A stretch of 64,000 nucleotides of DNA from Deltaproteobacteria bacterium (GCA_021372815.1 JAJFTS010000040.1:2543-66542); one strand, 5' to 3'; counted from the stretch's first letter, positions 55,299-64,000 are shown. The notes: generated by a model from the letters alone, not told the origin. Translations and numbers: made by a program.

Positions 55299-57014
55299 AT
55301 GAAAATAAGTCGGGTATATCGCAAATCTGCTGAATTCCCGGCGGATGCATGTTCCGGATCTTTCGGGGCAGGTATCGCAGGAAAGTGGCATATTACATGC
55401 TTAGTTATCTTTGCCCTGTTGGCGCTGTTCATGATAACGGGTTGCGGCGGAGGGAGTACGGATTCTAATGATTCCTCCACCGGCACAACGACCAGCACGA
55501 CCGGGCTGGTTGCTTCTTCCGCCTCGGTCACCTACGGCACAAACGTCACCTTAACAGCAACGGTTACGCCGGATACTGCGACCGGGACCGTTACTTTTTA
55601 TGACAGTTCGACATCTCTCGGATCGGAAACCATCAGCTCCGGAACAGCCGCTTTAACCATCAGTTCTCTCAGTGCGGGTACACACACGATTACAGCCAGC
55701 TATGGAGGTTCAAGTTCGTATGCGTCCAGCACTTCAAGCTCCGTGACGGTGACCGTTCTATCTTCGTCTACGGGCAACTGGAGTTATAACGCGGCATGCG
55801 GCTATGGGACCGCGGCGTACTTATTAAGCTCGGGAATTCTGAGTGAATCCGGGTTAAGTTACAGCACCTCAACTTTAGACCAGAGCGCCGTTTGCGTTAC
55901 GGGTACGGGTACCGCGCTTACGTTAATCAACCCGACCATCAGTACGAGCGGCAACACATCCTCGAACGACAACAGCAGCTTTTACGGCCTGAATGCGGCG
56001 GTTCTGAATTACAGCGGCGGCGATTTGTCCATTACGGGCGGGACGATTACCACGTCCGGTACGGGCGCCAACGGCGCCTTTGCGTACGGCAGCGGGTCCA
56101 ATATCATGCTGACGAATGTTACAATCAACGCGACCGCCAACGGCGGCCACGGCATCATGGCGACGGGCGCCGGAAATGTTACCCTGACCAATGTGAATAT
56201 TACTACAGCCGGGACCAACTCCGCGCCGATAGCGACAGACCGCGGAAGCGGCACCATCACCATGACCGGCGGCAGCATGAATTCCTCCGGTCAGGATTCA
56301 CCCTGCATCTATTCGACGGGAATCATCACCGTATCCAACGCGACATGCACGGCCACCGGTTCGGAGACCGCCGTGGTTGAAGGAGAGAATTCCATTACGC
56401 TGACCAACACCACCCTGTCGTCAAGCAAAGCGGACAAATGGGGCGTTCTGATCTATCAAAGCATGTCCGGCGACGCCGAAGGCACGGAAGGGACATTCAC
56501 CATGACGGGTGGGTCCCTTTCCTACACATCAACCAGCGGTCCGCTGTTTTACGTGACCAATTCGACAGGAATTATTACGTTGAAAGGCGTCAGCGTCACG
56601 GTGTCATCGGGAACGCTGATCAAGGCCGCGGCCGGGAGCTGGGGGACCAGCGGTTCCAACGGCGGAACGGTGAATTTCACGGCAGACGGTCAAACCCTGA
56701 CCGGCAATCTGATTGCTGACAGCATCAGCGGCATCACAGCCAGCCTTCAAAACAGCTCTGCCCTGACCGGAGCCATCGATACCGCTAATACCGCTAAGGC
56801 GGTCAACCTGACTATCGATCCGACGAGCACCTGGACTGTCACGGCGAACTCATACCTGACATGCTTAAGCGATGCCGGCGGAATTTCCGGGACAACGGTT
56901 TTGAATATTACCGGCAACGGCTACACGGTATATTATAATTCAAGTTCCTGTACCGCGCTCGGCGGTATCACCTATACCTTGTCCGGCGGCGGATATTTGC
57001 GGCCGGAAAGTTGA
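55299..57014 (+). CDS. lipoprotein with an Ig-like domain and a parallel beta-helix repeat domain
   Basis: GGAGGTG SD. Lipobox FMITGC after a long N-region. Ig-like segment VTYGTNVTLTATVTPDTATGTVTFYD...HTITASYGG. Then a ~20-22-aa periodicity of (L/I)T(N/G)xx(I/V)xTxG repeats. Confidence 0.8.
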   Translation: MKISRVYRKSAEFPADACSGSFGAGIAGKWHITCLVIFALLALFMITGCGGGSTDSNDSSTGTTTSTTGLVASSASVTYGTNVTLTATVTPDTATGTVTFYDSSTSLGSETISSGTAALTISSLSAGTHTITASYGGSSSYASSTSSSVTVTVLSSSTGNWSYNAACGYGTAAYLLSSGILSESGLSYSTSTLDQSAVCVTGTGTALTLINPTISTSGNTSSNDNSSFYGLNAAVLNYSGGDLSITGGTITTSGTGANGAFAYGSGSNIMLTNVTINATANGGHGIMATGAGNVTLTNVNITTAGTNSAPIATDRGSGTITMTGGSMNSSGQDSPCIYSTGIITVSNATCTATGSETAVVEGENSITLTNTTLSSSKADKWGVLIYQSMSGDAEGTEGTFTMTGGSLSYTSTSGPLFYVTNSTGIITLKGVSVTVSSGTLIKAAAGSWGTSGSNGGTVNFTADGQTLTGNLIADSISGITASLQNSSALTGAIDTANTAKAVNLTIDPTSTWTVTANSYLTCLSDAGGISGTTVLNITGNGYTVYYNSSSCTALGGITYTLSGGGYLRPES

Positions 57015-57201
57015 CGAATTCGTATTGCCCTTTAACCGGGCACCACACGGTGTGTAACGAGTGTCAAATTACCGGCGGCAATGATGCCAAAGGCGACAAC
57101 CTGAACAATGACGGTTCAACATTGCCGGAAAAGGAAACCTTAAACTTTTGGATGACGATCAACCTACTTTCCAACTGCACGAAACGTGAAATTAATTATT
57201 T

Positions 57202-57249
57202 AAATTTCCTCATTTCTTCCATATTTACGCCATATTTGTCTGCTAGCAT
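57202..57249 (+). promoter_or_regulatory. promoter box P2: three 11-bp direct repeats, -10-like TAGCAT
   Basis: The 25-nt core is identical to P1. An extra unit CGCCATATTTG (57228-57238) follows, then GTCTGCTAGCAT. Confidence 0.5.
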
Positions 57250-57310
57250 TTATCCCGCAAAACGGCAGAATTATACTACCGTTGAAGTTTAAAGAAGCAG
57301 AGGTGATAAC

Positions 57311-57622
57311 ATGAACAGAAATATTATCAGCATGATAATGATTTTTCTTTTACTGCCGGGCAGCATTTGGGCGGCGCAGACTCAGGAATCAAACAATCCG
57401 CCAAAGCCGCAGGGACGAATGAAACCGCCTCCGGAAGCAATTGCGGCCTGTAAAGGAAAAAGCGAAGGAACCGCCGTGCAATTTACCACTCCGCGCGGAG
57501 ACACGCTCAAGGGGGTTTGCAGGCAATTTGATGGCGTACTGGCGGCAATGCCGGAGCGGGGAACCTCGCCGCCGACAGGCGGTAACCCTGATGAAAACAA
57601 TAATGTCCAGCCGGAAAATTGA
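57311..57622 (+). CDS. small secreted Pro-rich protein (two Cys)
   Basis: Signal peptide MNRNIISMIMIFLLLPGSIWA. GAGGTG SD. No family recognised. Confidence 0.7.
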   Translation: MNRNIISMIMIFLLLPGSIWAAQTQESNNPPKPQGRMKPPPEAIAACKGKSEGTAVQFTTPRGDTLKGVCRQFDGVLAAMPERGTSPPTGGNPDENNNVQPEN

Positions 57623-57660
57623 TGGATCTTTAAAAGGAATTTATTAGAGAGAGAATAATC

Positions 57661-58248
57661 ATGAAAAGAATATTAAGTTGTTTTGTTTTAAGTTTTTTAC
57701 TTTTGTTCATGGCATTACAATTGTCTTATGCGGAGCCCGCGCCTCCCCCGGATCAAGGGGGAGAAGCATTTCAGGAAGAGAGCCCTTTTCCGATGATGCC
57801 GCCACCTGCGCCATGTCCCATGGGGCAAATAGCAGACATGACAGGCTTCAAGCATCCTTTCCTTATGCAGATGAACGGCCTTAACCTTGATGAAAAGCAA
57901 AGAGAAGCCTTGAAGAAGATTGAAAATAATATCTCGAAAGAAATGATCAGAAAAAGAGCCGATGAACAAATTGCCGAAATCGAACTGCAGGAACTTCTGG
58001 ATAAAGATACCGTTGATTTGAAAGCGGTCGAAGCAAAATTAAAACAAATTGAGACTGTTAAAACAGAAGCGCAATTGATTGTTATTAAATTCGAGGAAAA
58101 CATGAAGGCAAAGTTGACCGCCGGGCAGCGTGAGATGCTGAAAAAAATACGGCCGATGGAACATCATATAAAACCGCCCTGGATGGGGAAAGGCATGCAT
58201 AAAGACGAAAAGATACCACCGTCTTCCCCGGAAGAGAAAGGAGAGTAA
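57661..58248 (+). CDS. periplasmic CpxP/Spy/ZraP-family (LTxxQ) protein
   Basis: Signal peptide. LNLDEKQREALKKI and KLTAGQREMLKKI (LTxxQ-type motifs) in a helical Lys/Glu-rich body. Confidence 0.8.
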   Translation: MKRILSCFVLSFLLLFMALQLSYAEPAPPPDQGGEAFQEESPFPMMPPPAPCPMGQIADMTGFKHPFLMQMNGLNLDEKQREALKKIENNISKEMIRKRADEQIAEIELQELLDKDTVDLKAVEAKLKQIETVKTEAQLIVIKFEENMKAKLTAGQREMLKKIRPMEHHIKPPWMGKGMHKDEKIPPSSPEEKGE

Positions 58249-58252
58249 TTAA

Positions 58253-58870
58253 GTGCATCGTAAAAAAAGGAAGAGAATTTTTATCCGGTTTTTGTTTTGT
58301 CTGTTGAGTGTGATGATGCTGATAACAGCCGGTTGTACCACGGAAGAAGATGATACCACCTACACAATTTCCGGGGCGGTAAGTATAGATGGAACCGGAG
58401 ATGTTCTTGCCAATGCGACAATCAGTCTGACCGGCGCAGCAAACTCTTCGGCAACGACTGACTCGGACGGGAACTTCAGCTTTAGCAGCGCGGCCAACGG
58501 CACCTATACGCTGATCCCCTCTTTTTCCGGTTATACATTTGATCCGGTCAGTACCGTAGTTGTCGTCAGCGGAGCAAATATCACCGATATTAACTTTGTA
58601 GCGACATCCACGGGTGGTTGGGATACCTACAGTATTTCGGGGACGGTGACCGGTGAAGTTCAAACGGATGTTAAGCTCACTTTAAGCGGTGGTGCATCCG
58701 GAACTGTCATGACAAATTCTGACGGGACCTACACTTTTGATAATTTGATAGATGGTTACATCTATACCGTAACGCCTTCCCGGTCGGGTTATACTTTTGA
58801 TCCTGAGTATAGGGAGGTTACCATAAGCGGAGCAAACGCTGCCAATATTGATTTTACATCATCGTTGTAG
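58253..58870 (+). CDS. lipoprotein with two carboxypeptidase-regulatory-like (CarboxypepD_reg) domains
   Basis: Lipobox LITAGC. Duplicated module Y(T/S)ISG(A/T)V...TDSDG(N/T)(F/Y)(S/T)F...GY(T/I)..P...GYTFDP. GTG start 4 nt after the upstream stop. Confidence 0.8.
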   Translation: MHRKKRKRIFIRFLFCLLSVMMLITAGCTTEEDDTTYTISGAVSIDGTGDVLANATISLTGAANSSATTDSDGNFSFSSAANGTYTLIPSFSGYTFDPVSTVVVVSGANITDINFVATSTGGWDTYSISGTVTGEVQTDVKLTLSGGASGTVMTNSDGTYTFDNLIDGYIYTVTPSRSGYTFDPEYREVTISGANAANIDFTSSL

Positions 58871-58956
58871 TTGTCAAGCGGGCTTTTCATATGAAAAATT
58901 GATTTGAAAATAATATCAGCAATATCTGTGGAAATCCTGAAAGGGGTTGCTAAAAA

Positions 58957-59052
58957 ATGATAAGAATCATTATTGGCATTATCATTATTGCGATTATAGT
59001 ATGGGCGTTAATTGATCTTAAAAAACAGTGGGAAAATAAGGGCAATTCCTAA
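58957..59052 (+). CDS. 31-aa single-TM peptide (MIRIIIGIIIIAIIVWALIDLKKQWENKGNS), speculative
   Basis: Weak SD (AAAGGGG 10 nt upstream). One hydrophobic helix. Below the ORF-track cutoff. Confidence 0.3.
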   Translation: MIRIIIGIIIIAIIVWALIDLKKQWENKGNS

Positions 59053-59067
59053 AAAATGCCGTTGAAA

Positions 59068-59116
59068 CCCCGTGGATGAGATGCTCTGTGAAGGGCATAT
59101 CAGGATCATCGCGGGG
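59068..59116 (-). terminator. long imperfect hairpin downstream of ettA
   Basis: On the minus strand, CCCCGCGATGATCC...GGATGAGATG..CACGGGG is followed by TTTCAACGGCATTTTTT. 49 nt after the ettA stop. Confidence 0.4.
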
Positions 59117-59164
59117 CTGTCTAAAAGCTGAGAAAAATATTCATGATACGGCAGGATATGGTTT

Positions 59165-60850
59165 TTATCTTCGTGTCAGCTGGCGATATTTGATGCGGTG
59201 GGGCTGATTAGCGGCGGATCCCAATCTTTTCTTGCGGTCTTCTTCATACTCGGAATAGTTGCCGTCGAAAAAAAGAACTTTGCTTTCGCCTTCAAATGCC
59301 AGAATGTGCGTGCAGATTCTGTCCAGGAACCAGCGGTCGTGGCTGATAACAACGACACATCCCGCAAAATTCTCCAGTGCGTCTTCCAGCGCGCGCAGCG
59401 TGTTAACATCCAGGTCGTTGGTCGGTTCGTCCAGCAAGAGGACATTGCCGCCCTCCTTGAGCATACGCGCCAGATGAACGCGGTTGCGCTCTCCCCCGGA
59501 GAGAGTCCCCACTTTTTTTTGCTGATCGGTGCCGGAAAAATTGAAACGTGAAACATACGCGCGGGAATTGATCTGCCGGCTGCCGATCGGAATAATATCC
59601 TGTCCGTCGGAAATCATCTCCCAGATATTTTTGTCGGGATCAAGCGAGTCGCGGCTCTGGTCGACATAGGCCAGCTTGACTGTTTCGCCGATGCGGATAT
59701 CGCCGGAATCCGGTTTTTCCTGTCCGGTAATCATACGGAAGAGAGTAGTCTTGCCCGCGCCGTTGGGGCCGATCACGCCAATAATACCGCCGGGCGGCAG
59801 TGAGAAGGTCATGCCGTCAACGAGAAGCTTATCACTATACGCTTTGTTTACATCTTTGGTTTCGATGACCAGATCACCCAGGCGCGGTCCCGGCGTAATG
59901 AAAATTTCACGCGTGCCGGATTCTTTTTCCATCGTTCTTCCCAGCAGTTCTTCGTAGGCGTTGATACGCGCCTTGGATTTGGCGTGCCGGCCTTTGGGTG
60001 ACATGCGAATCCATTCCAGTTCGCGCTCCAGAGTTTTGATTCGGTCGGTTTCCGCCTTCTCTTCATTTTTCAGCCGGTTTTGTTTCTGCTCCAGCCACGA
60101 AGAATAATTCCCCTGCCAGGGAATGCCCTGGCCGCGATCCAATTCCAGAATCCAGCCGGCGACGTTATCCAGAAAATAGCGGTCATGTGTGACGGCAATA
60201 ATGGTGCCTTCATATTTCTGCAAATGATGTTCCAGCCAGGCGACGGACTCGGCGTCCAGATGGTTGGTCGGCTCATCCAAAAGAAGGATATCCGGCTTCT
60301 GCAGCAGCAGGCGGCACAATGCCACGCGGCGTTTCTCTCCGCCGGAAAGCACCTTCACCGGTGTATCGCCGGGCGGACAGCGCAATGCGTCCATGGCCAT
60401 TTCCAGGCGGGAGTCGATATCCCAGGCGTCCAGAGCGTCCAGCTTTTCCTGCACGGTGCCCTGTCTTTCACAGAGTTTAGCCATTTCGTCGTCCGACATC
60501 GGCTCGGCAAATTTTTCGTTGATTTCATTGTATTCGTGGATCAAATCCATGGTGTTTTGAACGCCCTGTTCGACGATTTGCCGCACGGTCTTGTCGTTGT
60601 CCAGATGCGGTTCCTGCTCCAGATAACCCACCGTGTAGCCGGGGGAGAGAATTGTTTTGCCTAAAAACTCCGTATCCACGCCGGCGAGAATTTTCAGAAG
60701 AGAGCTTTTTCCCGAACCGTTCAAACCGATAACGCCGATTTTCGCTCCGTAAAAATAAGACAGATAGATGTCTTTGAGCACCGGTTTTTTCTCGTAGATT
60801 TTACTCACTCCGATCATGGAGTAAATGACTTTGTTTCCTTCATTGGCCAT
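59165..60850 (-). CDS. ettA: ABC-F translational throttle ATPase
   Basis: 561 aa. Two ABC cassettes (GLNGSGKSS / GPNGAGKTT; LSGGEKRRVAL / LSGGERNRVHL). N-terminus VIYSMIGVSKIY is typical of EttA. Confidence 0.95.
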   Translation of the reverse strand: MANEGNKVIYSMIGVSKIYEKKPVLKDIYLSYFYGAKIGVIGLNGSGKSSLLKILAGVDTEFLGKTILSPGYTVGYLEQEPHLDNDKTVRQIVEQGVQNTMDLIHEYNEINEKFAEPMSDDEMAKLCERQGTVQEKLDALDAWDIDSRLEMAMDALRCPPGDTPVKVLSGGEKRRVALCRLLLQKPDILLLDEPTNHLDAESVAWLEHHLQKYEGTIIAVTHDRYFLDNVAGWILELDRGQGIPWQGNYSSWLEQKQNRLKNEEKAETDRIKTLERELEWIRMSPKGRHAKSKARINAYEELLGRTMEKESGTREIFITPGPRLGDLVIETKDVNKAYSDKLLVDGMTFSLPPGGIIGVIGPNGAGKTTLFRMITGQEKPDSGDIRIGETVKLAYVDQSRDSLDPDKNIWEMISDGQDIIPIGSRQINSRAYVSRFNFSGTDQQKKVGTLSGGERNRVHLARMLKEGGNVLLLDEPTNDLDVNTLRALEDALENFAGCVVVISHDRWFLDRICTHILAFEGESKVLFFDGNYSEYEEDRKKRLGSAANQPHRIKYRQLTRR

Positions 60851-60874
60851 AAAAGGTCGCTCTCCACAAAAAAA

Positions 60875-61540
60875 TTAAATGTAAGGGAATATGCCCTTAA
60901 TGATTAAATTAAAATTGTTCTGAATGTCGCCTTTCCCCTGCAGGATGCCCATGTGTCCGGGAAAAACCCACTCCAGATCGAGTTTGGAAAAATTAAGAAT
61001 GCTTTTCTTTAAAAGGGCTCCGTCTCCGCCGGGGAAATCGGTGCGTCCGACGCTTTGATCAAAAATGACATCGCCGCAAAACAGCGCTTTTTGTTCGGGC
61101 CAGTAAAGGCCGATGGAACCGGGGGAATGACCGGGAGCGAGGATTATTTTAAAAATATGATCGCCAAGCGCCACGTCGCCTTCTTCCAACGGAAAGTTTA
61201 CATTCATCCGCGGAGCGGTAATGCCGAAGAGGCTGTAGAGATCGCCGCCGTCTCCCTTTAAAAATTCGATTTCTTTTGTGTGCAGGCCGACCTTGACTTT
61301 TTCCTGATCAAAAACTTCGGAACCCTGAAAGTGATCGGGGTGCGAGTGGGTGTTGATGACGTAGCGAATGTCTTCTTTTTTGATGCCGTCGGCAGACATC
61401 CGCTCCAGGAGGTCAGGCACATAGCCTGTCAGTCCCGGATCGATCAGTGCATTGACGTCGCCACCGATGTAAAAGCTGTTGCAGTTATTTTCAAAGGCAT
61501 TGGTCCATTCGTAAATATAAATGTCATTTTTTAATCTCAT
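60875..61540 (-). CDS. MBL-fold metallo-hydrolase
   Basis: HSHPDH metal motif and a later APGHSPG. Confidence 0.9.
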   Translation of the reverse strand: MRLKNDIYIYEWTNAFENNCNSFYIGGDVNALIDPGLTGYVPDLLERMSADGIKKEDIRYVINTHSHPDHFQGSEVFDQEKVKVGLHTKEIEFLKGDGGDLYSLFGITAPRMNVNFPLEEGDVALGDHIFKIILAPGHSPGSIGLYWPEQKALFCGDVIFDQSVGRTDFPGGDGALLKKSILNFSKLDLEWVFPGHMGILQGKGDIQNNFNLIIKGIFPYI

Positions 61541-61542
61541 AA

Positions 61543-61755
61543 TTAATTTCCTCTGTTGTATTTAGCCGGCACAAAAATCCAGAGCAGGATGTACAATAAC
61601 ACGCCGGTGCCGAAACACAGGACAAGTGTCACAAAAAACAGGCGCCACGCCCAGGAAGGAATGGGAGAACTTTCCCCTAGTCCGCCGCAAACGCCGCCAA
61701 TCCATTTATCGGAATCCGATTTTGTTAAATTTCTCAGCCAGTTGTCCTGTGTCAT
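61543..61755 (-). CDS. PspC-domain membrane protein
   Basis: KWIGGVCGGLG followed by one TM helix. 70 aa. Confidence 0.85.
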   Translation of the reverse strand: MTQDNWLRNLTKSDSDKWIGGVCGGLGESSPIPSWAWRLFFVTLVLCFGTGVLLYILLWIFVPAKYNRGN

Positions 61756-61777
61756 GGCTACTCCTTAAAAAAGCCTG

Positions 61778-62287
61778 TTATTTTTTTGCCGGGAAAAGGG
61801 CATCAACCGCTAAATCCGCCGTCCGGTGACCGATGCTGACGATATTTCCCTGCCGATCAATGAGAATTAATGTCGGCACTCCCATGATATTGTAGTCGTT
61901 GGCTACGCTGCCGTCCGAATCCACCAGCACCAGATATGGAAATGAATTTTCCCGGGCAAAGCGAGCCACTCTTTTGCTGGATTCGTTTATATCGATATAA
62001 AGAAATTTTAATCCGCTTCCGGCGTATTTCTCATAGAGGGCTTTATAGTAAGGCATTTCACCGCGGCAAGCCGGACACCAGGTGGTGCCGAAAAATATGA
62101 TTACCGGATATCCCTTTTGACTGCTTAACTTAAATAGTTTACCCTGAATATCATATAATGAAAAATCGGGCGCTGAAATTTTTGCGTGTTTGGAAGCCTT
62201 GCTTGATCCGTATTGTCCGAATGACAGGGCGACAGAAGCCGAAATAAGCAAGAAAACAATAACCAATAAAACTTTTTTACTCATCAT
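61778..62287 (-). CDS. TlpA/ResA-like periplasmic thiol:disulfide oxidoreductase
   Basis: Signal/anchor MMSKKVLLVIVFLLISASVA and the WCPAC redox motif. The longer ORF-track version (to 62575) overlaps ccdA and is rejected. Confidence 0.9.
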   Translation of the reverse strand: MMSKKVLLVIVFLLISASVALSFGQYGSSKASKHAKISAPDFSLYDIQGKLFKLSSQKGYPVIIFFGTTWCPACRGEMPYYKALYEKYAGSGLKFLYIDINESSKRVARFARENSFPYLVLVDSDGSVANDYNIMGVPTLILIDRQGNIVSIGHRTADLAVDALFPAKK

Positions 62288-62298
62288 AACCTCATTTT

Positions 62299-63015
62299 TT
62301 ATATCGATAATTTGCCCGCAATATACATGAAATATTCTGCCGCGCCAATTAATATCAGACCGGAGATAAATTTTATTTTTATCATCCACGCTCCGGATTT
62401 CGGCAAAGCGGCAATGACACCGGCAAAAGTGCCGGCAATAATCAGCAATGTTCCCATGCCGAAGGCGAAAACAAAAAGCAGGCTGATGCCCAGTAAAAGA
62501 TTCGTTTTTACTGCGACATAGCCGAGTAAAACCCCCAGAACGGGAGCGGTGCAGGGACCGATGACCACACCGCATACCATTCCTATCAAAAAACTGTCCG
62601 CCAGTCCTTTATTATTGTTTCGGCCGGTGACTTTTAAAAGCTTTTGCGGAGCGGGCAGGGAGATACTGAAAACATCAAGCATGGACAAACCCATGACAAG
62701 ACACAAATTAGCCATAATAAAATATGTCCAGAAATTAGTTTGCATTTGTCCGAAAATTCTGCCCGTCAGGGCTGCCGCCGCACCCAGAGCCGCATAGGTT
62801 GTCGCCAGTCCGGTAACATAAAACAGAGAGAGAATAAATCCGCGCAGCCTTGAGGATGATCCCTGCGCGCCGATAAATCCGACCGTTACCGGGATCAGGG
62901 GATAGGTGCAGGGCGTAAAGCTGATGACCAGTCCACCCAGATATGCAGTCAGGAAAGCTAAAAACACGGAACTTTGCAAGTATAAGGATAAATTGCTGAT
63001 CAGATTTTCTATCAT
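62299..63015 (-). CDS. ccdA: cytochrome c biogenesis CcdA/DsbD-TM family protein
   Basis: 6 TM with conserved Cys in FTPCTYPLIP and GPCTAPVLG. Confidence 0.9.
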   Translation of the reverse strand: MIENLISNLSLYLQSSVFLAFLTAYLGGLVISFTPCTYPLIPVTVGFIGAQGSSSRLRGFILSLFYVTGLATTYAALGAAAALTGRIFGQMQTNFWTYFIMANLCLVMGLSMLDVFSISLPAPQKLLKVTGRNNNKGLADSFLIGMVCGVVIGPCTAPVLGVLLGYVAVKTNLLLGISLLFVFAFGMGTLLIIAGTFAGVIAALPKSGAWMIKIKFISGLILIGAAEYFMYIAGKLSI

Positions 63016-63157
63016 TAAAAAAATGCCTTTATTATTGGTCTTCGGGAAGGATAGAAAAAATGATTCAAAGCGTCAAGTAAAAAGCTTTGGTCGTTTGAAA
63101 CATTAAGAAAAGCAGATATTATTTTTGTTCGTAATCTTATCGCGTGTATTTATGGAA

Positions 63158-64000
63158 TTAGTCGGGTAAAACTTTAAAAAGAACCTGTTCTCTCCCTTTT
63201 ATTGTAAAGGCGGCTACCCGCTGTAAGCCCGGGGGGTTTAGATAAGGTTCTTTCATTTTATCTAAAAGAGCGGTTGAAAACTGAACGGATGGCTGATAAC
63301 TATTTTTATTTTCGTAATCCTTGTATACATCAATCAACAGAAATGGCACGTCGATTTCTCTTAATCTGTTTATTACGGCGTCATAGTCGCCAATATCCCA
63401 GAAGTAGATGATCCGGAGGTTGCTGCCGGTTGTTAATGCGGCAAGATTAAGCGCGTCCTGTTCGTAAATGCGCTCCGGTGCATTAAAAAGGGCAGTTGTG
63501 TAAACGGCCACAGAACTGTTTTTCGGTACGCCAAGGTCAAGTAAACGTGAAATTACAGCTTCGTTCTGATCCGATTTTTGGGGCATTAACAGAGAAAATG
63601 TATGTTTCAGCGCAGGGTTTTTAAGCGGCAACAGATCTGCGTATGAACTAAGAAAAAATACGGCAAGCTGCATCGCTACCATAAACGCAATGGCAATTTC
63701 ACGCGCCTTTTTCAAAGGACCGTTTTGCAAAGACAATATTGCCAGTAGCAGCAATAGAAACCCCATGCCTATAAAAACCCGTCGAACGTCGCTCGTGCCT
63801 GTAAATATGAACAGGAGAAACATGGGAAGCAACAAACCGATAGTGATCATGGTGAGGGTATTCAGGCGCTTAATGCTGACGGAATCTCTTCTTTGGTCAG
63901 GCTTCAGCAGAGCCAGGCATATTCCAGCCACGAGAACTCCATTGGGGATCAGATACGTTGAAAAAATATGTTTTAAAACGGAAAAAATTCCGTCCCGGCC
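63158..64000 (-). CDS. membrane protein, 3' part; gene continues beyond the right window edge
   Basis: The reading frame has no stop between 63931 and 64000, so the GTG at 63931 is probably internal. Several TM helices, then a soluble C-terminal domain. A GT39/ArnT-like guess is only weak. Confidence 0.6.
   Translation of the reverse strand, partial: GRDGIFSVLKHIFSTYLIPNGVLVAGICLALLKPDQRRDSVSIKRLNTLTMITIGLLLPMFLLFIFTGTSDVRRVFIGMGFLLLLLAILSLQNGPLKKAREIAIAFMVAMQLAVFFLSSYADLLPLKNPALKHTFSLLMPQKSDQNEAVISRLLDLGVPKNSSVAVYTTALFNAPERIYEQDALNLAALTTGSNLRIIYFWDIGDYDAVINRLREIDVPFLLIDVYKDYENKNSYQPSVQFSTALLDKMKEPYLNPPGLQRVAAFTIKGREQVLFKVLPD

Noticed and set aside
55892-56380. 162-aa alternative-frame ORF (and minus-strand ORFs at 55923-56278) inside the beta-helix lipoprotein gene.
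   Set aside because: - These are a by-product of the repetitive ACC/GGC-rich codon pattern of the Thr/Gly-rich repeats.
- They have Arg/Asp/His-rich translations with no start signals.
57011-57292. 93-aa ORF (TTG start) with a C-x8-C-x2-C pattern between the beta-helix gene and the small secreted protein gene.
   Set aside because: - It has no SD and a TTG start overlapping the upstream stop.
- It runs straight through the duplicated promoter box (57202-57249).
- Its second half has AT-rich, low-complexity composition.
62288-62575. N-terminal extension of the TlpA-like ORF (the ORF track gives 265 aa).
   Set aside because: - The extension overlaps the 3' end of ccdA in another frame and is Arg/Cys-rich nonsense.
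- The ATG pair at 62287/62284 gives a normal signal-anchor followed by a thioredoxin fold.
1-64000. Searched by eye for CRISPR arrays, tRNA/rRNA/tmRNA genes, IS elements, integrases, reverse transcriptases and prophage genes.
   Set aside because: - No short regularly spaced direct repeats were seen.
- No tRNA-like T-arm in a cloverleaf context was found; the one GGTTCGAAC at 52957-52965 lies inside the response-regulator gene.
- No transposase, integrase or RT motif appears in any ORF.
- A proper tRNAscan, Infernal or ISfinder run could still find something I missed.

Overview
This 64-kb chromosomal window is densely coding, with about 60 supported CDSs. By eye I found no rRNA, tRNA, CRISPR array, transposase or integrase. 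All product calls come from motifs and architecture read off the supplied translations; no database search was possible.

The gene content suggests an anaerobic Desulfobacterota/Syntrophia-like bacterium, which is inference only.

**Content from left to right**
- An exported protein and an M20 peptidase.
- A PAS protein with an unassigned C-terminal domain, translationally coupled to a tandem-2TM membrane protein.
- A TetR / AbfD-type dehydratase / SDR / isochorismatase-like operon.
- A MarR-linked RND efflux operon (MFP-RND-OMF).
- An alpha/beta hydrolase and a Tat-exported flavoprotein reductase, followed by a 3' remnant of a third AbfD gene.
- A second AbfD paralogue, then crotonase, an NMO/FabK-like reductase, an orphan glf, a peroxiredoxin and an ABM protein.
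- A family-I CoA-transferase, a split two-subunit ADP-forming acyl-CoA synthetase and a second MarR.
- A TetR-controlled MacAB-TolC-type ABC efflux operon.
- Housekeeping genes: pgi, tkt, cutA, an RNA methyltransferase, terC, lgt, trxB, yhbY, SulP, ettA and ccdA/tlpA-like.
- An AT-rich 2.3-kb islet with an RHH/RelE toxin-antitoxin pair and two uncharacterised membrane proteins.
- An OmpR-type two-component system placed divergently from a beta-helix lipoprotein / CpxP-Spy-like / CarboxypepD_reg cluster.

**Observations most worth follow-up**
1. The PAS + HEPN-like (K-x4-H) protein coupled to a 2TM protein, with an RHH-like small gene upstream.
2. The AT-rich islet of unknown membrane proteins.
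3. A 25-nt promoter box with 11-bp direct repeats, duplicated in front of two envelope gene sets next to the two-component system.
4. A two-module hairpin repeat family (conserved GCGAAGCG loop) in intercistronic spacers.
5. An identical operator-like 12-mer at the same offset upstream of both MarR genes.
6. A decayed third AbfD copy.

All functional interpretations are hypotheses.
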